Assembly (NCBI GenBank): GCA_946965045.2
Contig: OX337236.1
Span: 682,001-746,000, forward strand
Source of the DNA: Epithemia pelagica
Taxonomy: Eukaryota; Protista; Bacillariophyta
Direction of reading: 5' to 3'
DNA: 64,000 bases
Shown one piece after another: positions 53,758 through 64,000 of the stretch. Under the pieces are notes generated by a model that was not told where the DNA came from, searched no databases, and saw only the letters and a list, made by a program, of their open reading frames with translations. Positions within the stretch are counted from its first letter, which is position 1; every line of letters starts with the position of its first letter. Position numbers and translations under genes: made by a program.

Positions 53758-55742
53758 ATGGCAATCAAAACCAGCCTAACCACAGAGGTTCTTGCCATTC
53801 TCTGTATCCTTTGGGGGTCTTTGTTCTTGACAAGATGCGCTGCGTCGTACGAGACGGATCAGGTGTGCCGTTCGGGCGAGAACAACGAATGTCAAGATCG
53901 AAACGACGAGAATGGTCGTGTAGAACATGGCGACGACGAAGAGTGCACATTGTACATTGCTGAATCCACCATCCCCAACGCTGGCTTGGGAACCTTTACG
54001 ACAATCCCACGTCGCATTGGTGATTTGGTGGGAATGAGCGAACTTTGCATTCCGTACGTGCATTTTGGTTACAGTGGGGGGACTGATCCCTTTTTGGATT
54101 ATGTGTGGAATGGCATGACACTGGAAATGTTTCGAGAGCATTTGTATCATGGTCATCTGGAAGCATTTTGTGCCGGTCTTGGATCGGTCGTGAATAGTCA
54201 CTCGGCCTTGATTAATGCCGCTCGGCCTCGTCCAAAGTATGATCCCTTCCTCGTACGACAAGTTCATCCAGGAGCTGGGGCACTAACGCCCTACCACAAT
54301 GCAACATCTACCATTGTTCGAGATATTCCTGCAGGGTACGTGATGATCACGTTTGAACTGTTTCATGGAAATGACATTACTCACCCATTGTGGTGCTACT
54401 CTTTGTTGGATACAACAGCGCGGAACTATTCAAAGACTATGGTGACAACTGGTTCCATCAGAGAACACCACAGATAGGTTATGTAGCTTTGACGCTGCAT
54501 TACGAATATACCGACAAACTAATCAAGAAGCTCTATGGTATAGCGATGCAGCACTCCAATGAGGAGTTGTATGAGGAACTGTACAATTTGTGCATTGCCA
54601 TTCGTGACATTTTCCAAAAAGCGCGTATTCTCAACGGTTTTCCTCCCACATTCAATCAAGCCCTCGTGGCGGCACAACAGTCCATTTCGGCGGCCCACCA
54701 ACTCGATCACATCCGCTCCAATGAATGGCTCCAAACACATGGCCGATGCGTGGATACCATTGTGTCCAAGGATTCCACAATTCCCGGTGCAGGTCGAGGT
54801 GCCTTTGCCAAGACAACCATCCAACAAGGACAAGTCGTAATAACGTCACCCGTGTTGCACGCGCCACAAACAGCACATGACTTCATGGCCAAAGTAAAAG
54901 TTTCGGACGATGCCGAACTCCAAAAGCGCTTGTTTCACTGGGACAAGGTGGAATCATACCAGCTACTTCTGAATTACTGTTTTGGCCATGCCGAATCGTC
55001 TCTTCTCTTGTGTCCAAACGGTGGAGGTGTCGGTTTGATCAATCATGCAAAGAATGGTGTCGCCAATGTTCGAGTTCAGTGGGCTCAAGACTTTTCTGCG
55101 CACCGCCATGACATGGTCCACAATGCTACTCTGGAGGACTTGGAACAGGTTCATACGTCCGTCTTTCTCTTTGAATTCGTGGCGTTGCGAGATATTGACA
55201 AGGGAGAAGAGATATTAATGGACTATGGTGACGACTGGGAAAGAGCCTGGCAGTCCCATCAAGAATGGTGGCAACTTTCCGGCATTCGAGATACTCCCTA
55301 TGTTAGTGCAATCGAAATGAACCAAAAACTGAGGGACGCAGTTATTCGCACCACTTTAGAACAAGAGAAAGATCCTTACCCATCCAATGTTGAGATTCGC
55401 TGTCACCCAAACGTAGTGAAGAATAATACGTGGCACTATACATGGACGACACAGCACCATGGGCATTTGTGTCGAGTATTGGACCGGTATCCGACCGATG
55501 ATGGGAACGATTGGTTGTATCTTGTCGATGTGGAGGTGTGGCCTTTTGAATATGTTATGTTTCGACCTCCGCAAAAGCGCCAAGCCCATGTGGGACAACT
55601 TACCAGGGGCCGTGTCCCGCGACGGGCCCTCCGATTTTTCGACGTACCCGGAACAACCGATCTTCATATGACGTCAGCCTTTCGACATTGGATTGGAGTA
55701 CCAGATGATATATTTCCTGATCAATGGCGGAATAAAAAGTGA
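53758..55742 (+). CDS. Signal-peptide-bearing tandem (double) SET-domain protein, diatom type; intron 54336-54418
   Basis: Signal MAIKTSLTTEVLAILCILWGSLFLTRCAAS. SET1: ESTIPNAGLGTF...VVNSH...RDIPAG|AELFKDYG. SET2: STIPGAGRGAFA...LINH...VALRDIDKGEEILMDYG. The 83-nt intron is phase 2. Confidence 0.85.
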
Positions 55743-56299
55743 GAACGTTGGCTAGGAGGCTCTTTCTCGAGAACATGGTCTCGCAGCCTGTTGCTTTCCA
55801 GCTTGTTGCTTTTCAACCTCAGTTCTCCCTTGGTGGAATATGCAGTCCATAAGATGAAAGTCGCGTCTATTGGAAATATGCGTGTCCACAGACAGGTGCC
55901 TTTATTTTCTCTCAAGTGACCGTTTGAGCAGACGGGTTGAGCGTACGTCGACGGGGTGACCTTGACCCTTGACCGTAGCTATCAACTACTCCTATCAAGA
56001 TCAACCTTGTTTTGCTAAGTGTTGCTTTCAAGTGTTGCCGGACAGGTTCAGTTTGATTGTGAGTTGCGAGTCCATTAGGAGTGGAGAAATCTTGCTTTTA
56101 TAGACCGTTTCCAAGTACTCCTAGGACTAGGAGAATAGGCTAGAGGTAAAAGAATGAAAAAAAAGGTTATTGACTCTTAGTTAGGAATTCATACCCGCAC
56201 AGTTTGTCCGCCGTCCAACGCTCCAACAATGCAAAATCCATAACCATAAAAGCAGCGAACGGTTCGATCATTAGGCCTTGTGTTGTTCCAAATTGGATC

Positions 56300-56688
56300 A
56301 TGGTACGTTGATTACGAAATGTTGACAGAGTCGAATTGTCTATATAGTGTGAGCTGACGGTCTCTTTTGCATTTCCGTTTCGCAGTCAGAGTTTATTGTG
56401 AATCCGAAGCCATTCTTGATGGATCTTACAGGGAAAATGGTAAAGGTGAAACTAAAGTGGGGGATGGAATATCAGGGGAAACTTCAATCAGCGGACGCTT
56501 ACATGAATCTTCAATTGACAAATTGTGAAGAATTCCTGGATGGTCAATTTGCAGGGTTTTTGGGAGAAGTCCTAATTCGATGTAACAATGTCCTGTACAT
56601 TCAGGCTCTGCCGGCTGATGATCAAGCCGAAGTGAAAGAAGAAGATGCCAAAGGATCCGCCGATGCGATCATGCAAAACAACCAGTAG
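56300..56688 (+). CDS. SNRPF: Small nuclear ribonucleoprotein SmF; first exon is the ATG only (56300-56302), intron 56303-56385
   Basis: [42 protein letters not shown]...[14 protein letters not shown]. Confidence 0.95.
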
Positions 56689-57293
56689 AATGGGGGATCA
56701 AATGAGCTGTTTGTTTTACGTGCCAAACACGTAGGGATGGGTAAGTTGGCTGTTCGGATGTTACAATCTTCGTGTTTATTTTTGTGTTTGCTCAAAGAGG
56801 AGAGAAGGAGTCCGAATCGTATCAAGGCCAAGTACCGCGAGGTACTTGTTGTTGTGGAGAAGTAGAGAACGAATTCTCCGAAAGGAGAATCATCTCTTCG
56901 TCTTTACCTGCTTTGTGCGGCTGCGAATCAACTACAAGCGTTGTGGACCACACGTGGCTTAACAACCACACCTACCACACACCCATATCTGAGAGATTGC
57001 ATCACATGAACAACGGCCCTTTGCGTTTTGACACAGGAAGTCTTTTAGTTTCTCAATACATCTACTTGCTCTACTTTTTCTATCATCACAGAACAATTCT
57101 TGAAGGTCTCACTGCCAAGACCATTTCGCTTTCCAGTTCCGCTGTGAGATCTTTTGTTCAAATGTGGTACAAAGGACCAGGCTAACGCCAAACCAAATTA
57201 TTCGGGATCACATTTCGAGACATTGACTGATCAGCTTTACCCCAATGCGTGAAGCACGTAGAATCACTTTTGAATAGACGATCGGTCACAACT

Positions 57294-57747
57294 CTACTTG
57301 AAAAATAGTACATGGAGGGCCATGATGGCACATCCAGCACCGACATAGGGTGAAAGACGTTCTCCTATCCGAGAAAGTTTCCATAGAAAACCAACAACCC
57401 CCTGGCGCTTCAAATGGTGATCTGGTTGGGTTCCGGTGGCATTCATTTGTTGTTGCTGCTGCGGTTGACCATTGCTGTTGTTTCCCTGTTGCTGTGATAG
57501 CGCTGCTAGCTCCTACATGATGCAACACAGAGAGTCGTGAGAGCTTTTGCCTTTCAGGGTCATTTGGTCGGAGAACCCATTGGTTCATCGATCAATCCAT
57601 CATATTCGTTCGAACTCTTGACAATCGACTTCTTACCAAGGGAGAATGATCAAATATGGTTGGTCGAAGCTCGCGAAGATATGTGCAAGTACATATCAGT
57701 AGCAATATAATGGTTACAAGGCTGGAGAAATCAAAGAAAGCAGACAT
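57294..57747 (-). CDS. TMEM167: Protein kish (TMEM167/DUF1242); exons 57747-57637 and 57512-57294
   Basis: [25 protein letters not shown]...[30 protein letters not shown]; 124-nt GTAAG...TAG intron. Confidence 0.9.
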
Positions 57748-58010
57748 GGTGTGCTTCGACTTTGAGTTAGAAGAAGCGTTATGGACGACGATTTGCTTCC
57801 ACCATTGCCCGACTGCTCGCCCCCAAAATCCCCCCCCAAAGGTTTGCATCGGGGGTTGTGTGTTGGGTGACATAAAAAGAGGGGCGGCTTCTGAGGGGGT
57901 CGGGCAACTACCTACTCCTACCTAGGTGTATGCGTAAGCGATATGAATAATCAAAACGGGATGGTCCAAAGAATGGATCTCCCTTACAACAACTATCCTT
58001 ATCTTTAGGA

Positions 58011-59099
58011 TTACTTGGAATCTCTTTGGTTTTTTCCCTGAACGGCTTGATCTGGATTGACGGGCTGTTTGGGTGGGGTAAAGGATTGCGACTGAGACTT
58101 GGCCGGTTCTTGTAGCACATTATACAAAATGGCATTGTCTTGCGCCAGTTCTGGATGGACAAACAAATAGACAACATCGGACGAGGTGGAGGACGACGAT
58201 GACGACGACGTTTTGATGTTGTCGTTGTCCAGTGACGTGTCGGTATGTGCCACAAGATTGGAGAGTGGATGCAAAATTCCAGAAAAAGGACGCAATCCAG
58301 TTTCTGGATCAAACACATGATCTTTGCGAGATAGAAACATGGTCCGTGTCGTGGCTTTGAACAGCAAGGACGAGGAACCGAGATAGGTTGGGGATTTTCC
58401 GTGTGTGACCACCCGCTTTTGTTGTATTTCCAGGACGTAGGGTGAAAACACGTAGGTAATGGCGGCCGTCGTGGATAGAGTGCCAAACGCAAAGGTGCCG
58501 CAAATTAACCAAAAGGCCAGAGAGGAAGGATCATATTGCTGCGTTTTTTCGGACAATACCATGGCGATGGGTAGTCCAACGATACCGGCAACGCAACTAA
58601 AGAGCGATACCCCACGCAAGCGCATAATGGAACCATCGTAGGGGCTCTCATAAATTGTTGTCCATTCACCGTCGTCTTGTTCTTTATTCATGTCATCGTC
58701 TTCTTCTTCTGTTTTCTTGTTGTTCTTGTTGTCGTCGTCGTCCTCTTTGCTCTCTTCACTGGATGATGAAGAGGAAAAGCGACAGGGCGAATGATGTACA
58801 GATAGTGGTGAACGAAGCAACGTTGCGGAACCAATCCACGATCCTCCATATCTGTGCCATGAAGTCCTGATCCTTCTGTCGACGTTTATTCCTTCTTGTC
58901 CAGAACTGAAATTTTTGCATGACACGGAGTATGTTCTTTGAGAGAACGAACCTTGGACTTCATGGCCACTCGAAAGTTGTGATAAATGTCGAAGCATCCG
59001 TCCCGAATTTTGTTGTCGCAACATTATTGTTGTTTGGGGAGCCTTTCTTACGGATTGCCCCGTCAGGATAAGGATCTGTGACATGTTGGTTGCGGCCAT
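58011..59099 (-). CDS. TMEM70: TMEM70-family mitochondrial membrane protein
   Basis: Mitochondrial-type presequence; TIYESPYDGSIMRLRGVSLFS, two TM helices, YVFSPYVLEI, TRTMFL and PFS motifs. Confidence 0.75.
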   Translation of the reverse strand: MAATNMSQILILTGQSVRKAPQTTIMLRQQNSGRMLRHLSQLSSGHEVQGSFSQRTYSVSCKNFSSGQEGINVDRRIRTSWHRYGGSWIGSATLLRSPLSVHHSPCRFSSSSSSEESKEDDDDNKNNKKTEEEDDDMNKEQDDGEWTTIYESPYDGSIMRLRGVSLFSCVAGIVGLPIAMVLSEKTQQYDPSSLAFWLICGTFAFGTLSTTAAITYVFSPYVLEIQQKRVVTHGKSPTYLGSSSLLFKATTRTMFLSRKDHVFDPETGLRPFSGILHPLSNLVAHTDTSLDNDNIKTSSSSSSSTSSDVVYLFVHPELAQDNAILYNVLQEPAKSQSQSFTPPKQPVNPDQAVQGKNQRDSK

Positions 59100-59290
59100 G
59101 GTAGATTGGATGGAATCTGATGAGTGATGAGAGAATCTTGAAAAAAATCCGGCTCATAACCTGTAGGGAGTATTTGTCTCATGAGTCCCGCTGCGACATA
59201 TCCTCGAACAATGACACATCCGACGCAAAGACCTCTTGGAACGAGATTTTTCGTCGTCGATCTGATGGCCATGAATGAATGAGAGGAGCC

Positions 59291-60517
59291 ATGGCGGATG
59301 CCACCCACTCCAACAAGGACGCAAATGAGGACGACGCCGTGGATGACGAAGTGGAGTTGCGTGCCGCGGTACAATATACCGTGATGCAAATTATTCAGCA
59401 TGAAGAAGATCGGCAACAATTGACCACGGACCATCGTTCGACGGCCACGACGACCACCAGTGCGGCCATGAATAGCATTGCGGAATTGACCTTTTTGTAT
59501 GCCACACAATCGTTAGGTCCTGATTTGGTGGCCTTTGCCAATCATCGTCGATCCACGGCATCGTCGTCGGTGTCCTCCTCCAAGTCGACGACGACTGCAA
59601 CACTGGCCAAAATCACACCGGCAGATGTTCAATTGGTGGCCCGCAAATGTCCCTCCACGGTGGAAAAGTTGAAGGAATTTACCGCACAAGTCGAAGAAGA
59701 AAAACAGGAACATGCGGCGACCAAGAAACAATCACGTCGACGATCGTCCAAACAGCAACACGAAAGCAATGATAACAAGGACGACGATGACGAAGAGTTG
59801 ATTGATATCCAACAACAACTGCAAACACCCAGGAGTGATGCGAAAAAGAAAAAGAAAGATAACAAGAAGAAAAAAGACAGCAAATCCATGTCATCGACGA
59901 AAAAGAAGAAAAAACAAGAAAAGAACAAGACGCCGATCTATTCGATTGATAGCGAGAGCAGCACTACCAGTGATGATGAAGATTTGCAAGAAGTACTGCA
60001 AGCAACGGCACATGTGGATCGGGATCTCGAATGGTCACGCAAATCGCTGGAATCGGAGCAACAAAAACATGGCAAGAAGAGTACAAGCTCCAACAAGAAG
60101 CCAGAAACGTCGACTTTTCAAAATATACTGGAGATGAAAATGTCATCGTCATCTTCCGATAACAGCGACGACGAAAATATGCAAGCTGGTAACAAAAAGA
60201 GTAAGAAGAAGAGAAATGGGGAATCGTTAAGCGGTAAACCAAAAAAGCAACAACCAAAAAAGAGCATGAATGGCAACGAAACTAGGACCTCTGGTGGTGA
60301 AGGACGGAAACGGTCCTCCACTGACACTTCCACGGGTCCGAATCACCGTCGATTCCGGTTTTCCGTTGATCGAAACGCCGACAAGAAGAAGGAGGATGCA
60401 TTGGATCTAGCAACCAAAAATGACAGTGACGACTCGAACGATGCCCTCGAAAGTCCTTCCAGTTACATTCGTCCCTCGGCCAAGATTCAAGCCCTCCTGG
60501 ACCAAGAATCGCCTTGA
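59291..60517 (+). CDS. CENPS: CENP-S/MHF1 histone-fold protein with a long charged C-terminal extension (408 aa)
   Basis: LRAAVQYTVMQI...AMNSIAELTFLYATQSLGPDLVAFANH...ITPADVQLVARK. Confidence 0.85.
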   Translation: MADATHSNKDANEDDAVDDEVELRAAVQYTVMQIIQHEEDRQQLTTDHRSTATTTTSAAMNSIAELTFLYATQSLGPDLVAFANHRRSTASSSVSSSKSTTTATLAKITPADVQLVARKCPSTVEKLKEFTAQVEEEKQEHAATKKQSRRRSSKQQHESNDNKDDDDEELIDIQQQLQTPRSDAKKKKKDNKKKKDSKSMSSTKKKKKQEKNKTPIYSIDSESSTTSDDEDLQEVLQATAHVDRDLEWSRKSLESEQQKHGKKSTSSNKKPETSTFQNILEMKMSSSSSDNSDDENMQAGNKKSKKKRNGESLSGKPKKQQPKKSMNGNETRTSGGEGRKRSSTDTSTGPNHRRFRFSVDRNADKKKEDALDLATKNDSDDSNDALESPSSYIRPSAKIQALLDQESP

Positions 60518-61120
60518 GAATGATCAGAAACCCCTACCAGAACCGAGACCAGATGATTGTGAACCAGTGCTCTGTTTGGTGCTGGTAAACAAGTTCAACC
60601 ATGTGTCGGTGTGGGTGGGAGCTTGCCTTCCATTCCGTCAGCCAGCGTTTGGTCTGTAAACTGCAAACATCGCACAACGAGATGACCCTTTGCATCCCTG
60701 CTCTTGTTCTGGTATGATGAAACCAAAACGACCTTTGAGTGAACTTGTGAAAGATCAGCTTCAGAACCAAACATTGGAACAAAGAGGCCTGCCCCATGAG
60801 AATGGTAGTTCGTCTGCCAGTGACCCTATCAGGTCATCATAGCCACTTTTGGTTGCACTGATCACTGATCTCCATCCAAGCCTTTGTGGTAGCGGAAGAC
60901 ATCTAAACTAGTCCTTAACGTTCCAATCTACCCATTTAACTATCCAATCCCCTTCTCTCTTCTTTGACATACAAATGTACCATTCACGAAGAAACTTGAG
61001 GACCAGCGTCCTTCGTGTCCAATGCCCAAAACAGTTTTATGTGGTAGTAGCCATGGCTCGGTCCCATCGAAACGCTTTCGTTCCCATAATCCCTAACCAA
61101 AACACGGACTCTTTATCCAT

Positions 61121-62017
61121 TTACTTCTTGGTACCAATGAGGGACAAGAAAATGTTAAAGGCGATTTGGACCGAGTTGATAAAGACGAGACGGTGCTTGG
61201 TGGAGATGAACTTGAAGTTGACGGCATGCACCAAGGGCCAGACCTTCCAGGATCCTTGACAGGCGGAGAGCAAGTCATTCTTGATCTTGTTGCCAATGGT
61301 GGCAAAGGAATCTCCATCGCACAAGCCCAAGTAGGTGAAAAAGACAGTCATAAAGAGGGGGCACCACAAGGTTTGGTCAATAAAGACCTTGAGGGCGACA
61401 ATCTTGCCCGAAGTACCTTCGATTTTGCGGTCCAACCAGTTGTAAAAGTAGTGACCCGAGGGACCGTGGTACAAGAAACCAAAGGCCGACAAGGTGATGA
61501 ATCGCTTCATGTCAAACGGTCCACCACTGATAAAGATCTACAAAAGAATCAATACAAGCAAACAAGACACGTGACATGAGATCAAGAAGCATGATAATGT
61601 TGCCAATCCGACACCTACAACAGATTCGAATGCCAACAACTACTGCCGACGACCCAAAGTACGTCTTGGCACTGGCCACAACCCGAATCTCGTACGTATT
61701 GGGGTTCGAATCATTCTTACCTGTGCCAACAAGTCACCCAAGGCCCATCCGACCAAGGAGGTCATGGCCTTGGTGATCAAGGGCTTCTTGTCCAAGGCGT
61801 CGTTGTAGGCGGCCCATCCTGGAACAGCACCACCTCGCACCACGGCCGGATCGCGAAACAAGGGACTCTTGGTGGCCACGGTGTTCTTGTGAAAGGCCGA
61901 AGGCACCTTGTCGGTGGTGACCAAGGCGGACTTTCTCGTCAAGGACGGATCCGAACTGACACCGAATGCCCGAACGGCAAAGGAAAAGGACAAGAGCAAA
62001 ACACAAGTCAACTTCAT
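61121..62017 (-). CDS. Mpv17/PMP22-family membrane protein, predicted plastid-targeted (237 aa); intron 61720-61538
   Basis: Signal peptide ending VRA-FGV (ASAFAP-like); YNDALDKKPLITKAMTS..GDLLAQ, GPSGHYFYNWLD, KVFIDQ, WKVWPLVHAVNF. Confidence 0.9.
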
Positions 62018-63629
62018 GGTTCTATCGGCAATTGTTGGGATTTGAAATGGCAACAACAGAACTGACACCAAAGATGCTGTCCACCCACGACGAGAGACGA
62101 GATGCGTGAGGCATGTTTGATTGGGTGGTATCACTGCTTCCGCTACAGGGTATCTTAGTACCGAGCGGGCTCGAAGAAAGGCAGACTCTCATTGTATACA
62201 GAAACACGGAGTGTATCGCGCCGGACGATGGCAAATCACGCATGCACAGAGCCTACGACGGCGTGTGGCGATCTTTCTGGGTTGAACATGGAGCCATGGT
62301 CCCTTTTTTTGTGTGTCGGAGCTGCATCTGTGCGCCTGCGTGCGTGTGTCGATATATGCGACTGAACACGTGGGAAATGGAAATCTGACGTCAGTCTATT
62401 AGAAACTACTCGCGAGCGATCCGGGTTCACTTAGTATAGAAAGAATAAGTACAAAGTAGCTTTTCCACGCTTCGAGTTTAGAAGCGACCGCATCACGGAC
62501 TGTTCGCGCGCCGACCCCGCATTATGTGAACACAGAACAGCTAAATGTGCGCACGAACGTCGAAGAAAGACGAGAAACTCAACCAGAATGTCTTCTTTGT
62601 CGTCGTCGCTCTTCCTCGGCCCCCCTTTGTCACACTGAGTTTCTGTTTGGGATCTTTGTTGGTTGGGTGTTCTCTCTCATCGTTGTCTTCCTTCTTGGGT
62701 TACCCCCAAGTAGGGGTGAGTGGTCGCATGTGTGTCGTGCTTTTGGTGTGCAAACTCTTACTCACCCCCAAGGCGCGACCTCTGAGCTCCCAGTACTGAC
62801 ACAAACCTCCAAACCACCAACCAGTCTCATCGCGGCAATGGAGATATGGAGCCGTGCTTAGGGATCCTACAATGTCTTCTTCGTCGCACAAACGCCGTCG
62901 CATTTCCCAGAAATCCATTAGGAAGCTACATGCTTCCCGCGGCATGGCCATTCCTCCTGCATCCGAAGCAAAACAAGAATCAAGTGATCCTATCGCCGAC
63001 ATGGCATCTCACCTTTCTTATTGTCACGTGTTGCATTGAATGGATCAATGGACATTGAAACCACTCACCAAACATTGGACTTCTCTACAGATCACTTAAG
63101 CTTGTCGACCTGCATAACGCATGGCCGAACAGCCATTAGTCTCATCATGCCACAGTAGGAGCATTTACTTGTCCCTTCAATTGACACAACTGACAAATGT
63201 TGTGATACGAGACATTTCTACTCATAAACATTGCTAATTTGATTTTGTTGAGACCCTTCTTGCTATTCCTGTCGTCATCCATCCACTCCATTTTCATTTC
63301 TTCGCTTACATGAAACATGTCCAAATCATCGTCCATAAAGCTGCACACGGAGGCTCCCAAATCAGAGCTAGAAAAAGCCGAGAAAAGCGCCCAGACGGTG
63401 GGAAACGACGTGAAGGTTCCAGCATCTCGTCCCATAGGACCACAAATGGCAGATACCCAATCACAGAGAATCACATTTCCACTCGGTCCAAACACATTTC
63501 GTAGTCATTTTCAGTAGTTTTACATTTTGTTTCGACCAAAATGTTAAACGGATGGCTGTCTCTATGACAGAGTGACTTTCTCACTTCCATGATCTGATGA
63601 GAATATCTGTCTACCACATTGTCAAAGGT

Positions 63630-64000
63630 TCATTGTCCCACTTCCTTGAGTAAGTTCATCAAGGCATCACAGTCTTTGTCCAGAGACATGGTGGGTTTGG
63701 TGAAATGAAGTTTTACCATGGAACAGACAGACAAAAGGGCGCTTCGCCCACTGTCGTTCCATTCTTGGTCCACTCCGGTAAGATTGAGAATGGCAAAAGC
63801 CTCGGCCGCCTTGTGCGCAATTCTCTCACCTACTTCCGCATCGATAAACTGACTGGCCCATTGTTCTTCCATGTTGGTTGCCCAGTACTTGGCCAACATG
63901 AACTTAGCATCATCCTCCACATCCAAGACACAGAACAAGTAGGACGAGACAACTGGAAACGGAGCGGCGTCTGCTTCGTAGCCAATTTGATCGAGCTTTT
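63630..64000 (-). CDS. 3' end of an unidentified protein gene running in from beyond the window
   Basis: Open frame from the window edge to a stop at 63630 with globular-protein composition (KFMLAKYWATNMEEQW...); no family recognised. Confidence 0.5.
   Translation of the reverse strand, partial: KLDQIGYEADAAPFPVVSSYLFCVLDVEDDAKFMLAKYWATNMEEQWASQFIDAEVGERIAHKAAEAFAILNLTGVDQEWNDSGRSALLSVCSMVKLHFTKPTMSLDKDCDALMNLLKEVGQ

Noticed and set aside
60761-60840. Possible minus-strand C/D snoRNA (ATGATGA...CTGA, 80 nt), sharing a 13-mer with 63067-63079
   Set aside because: No recognisable rRNA or snRNA guide and a weak terminal stem; a 13-mer match is expected by chance in 64 kb.
62526-63517. Short ORFs between the Mpv17 gene and the last partial gene
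   Set aside because: Ambiguous strand and no homology recognised.
1-64000. CRISPR arrays, rRNA, tRNA, and LTR or LINE coding domains
   Set aside because: None seen: no regularly spaced repeat-spacer array and no RT, integrase or transposase motifs in the ORF track.

Overview
Gene-dense eukaryotic nuclear DNA, most likely from a pennate diatom. This is inferred from DUF6824-type genes, bipartite signal+ASAFAP-like presequences, short GT-AG introns (83-186 nt) and poly-T/Q/S low-complexity proteins. About 25 protein genes can be supported: two DUF6824 paralogs, a CDC48-like AAA ATPase, a BAR protein, a PILS-like transporter, Sec8, a Grx-DEP-DUF547 protein, a Kir channel, GT92-like and FkbM-like enzymes, She9, TrmB-like and METTL21-like methyltransferases, Pin1, a double-SET protein, SmF, kish, TMEM70, CENP-S and an Mpv17-family protein. 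Non-coding elements are a box C/D snoRNA with an LSU-complementary guide, a piggyBac-type MITE (TTAA TSD) and a second TIR element packed with TGACGT motifs. An accessory-looking interval (about 27.5-37.8 kb) holds a hairpin cluster, a decayed Maf gene, an intact Crinkler/RHS-type NTPase+REase gene and a Crinkler-type pseudogene bracketed by 31-bp direct repeats. The best candidate for a new system is a secreted Lys/Tyr/Asp block-copolymer protein (cingulin/silaffin-like) lying about 1.2 kb from a signal-peptide-bearing double-SET methyltransferase. This could be a biosilica substrate-modifier pair, but the link is inference only. All family calls come from motif recognition by eye; no searches were run.
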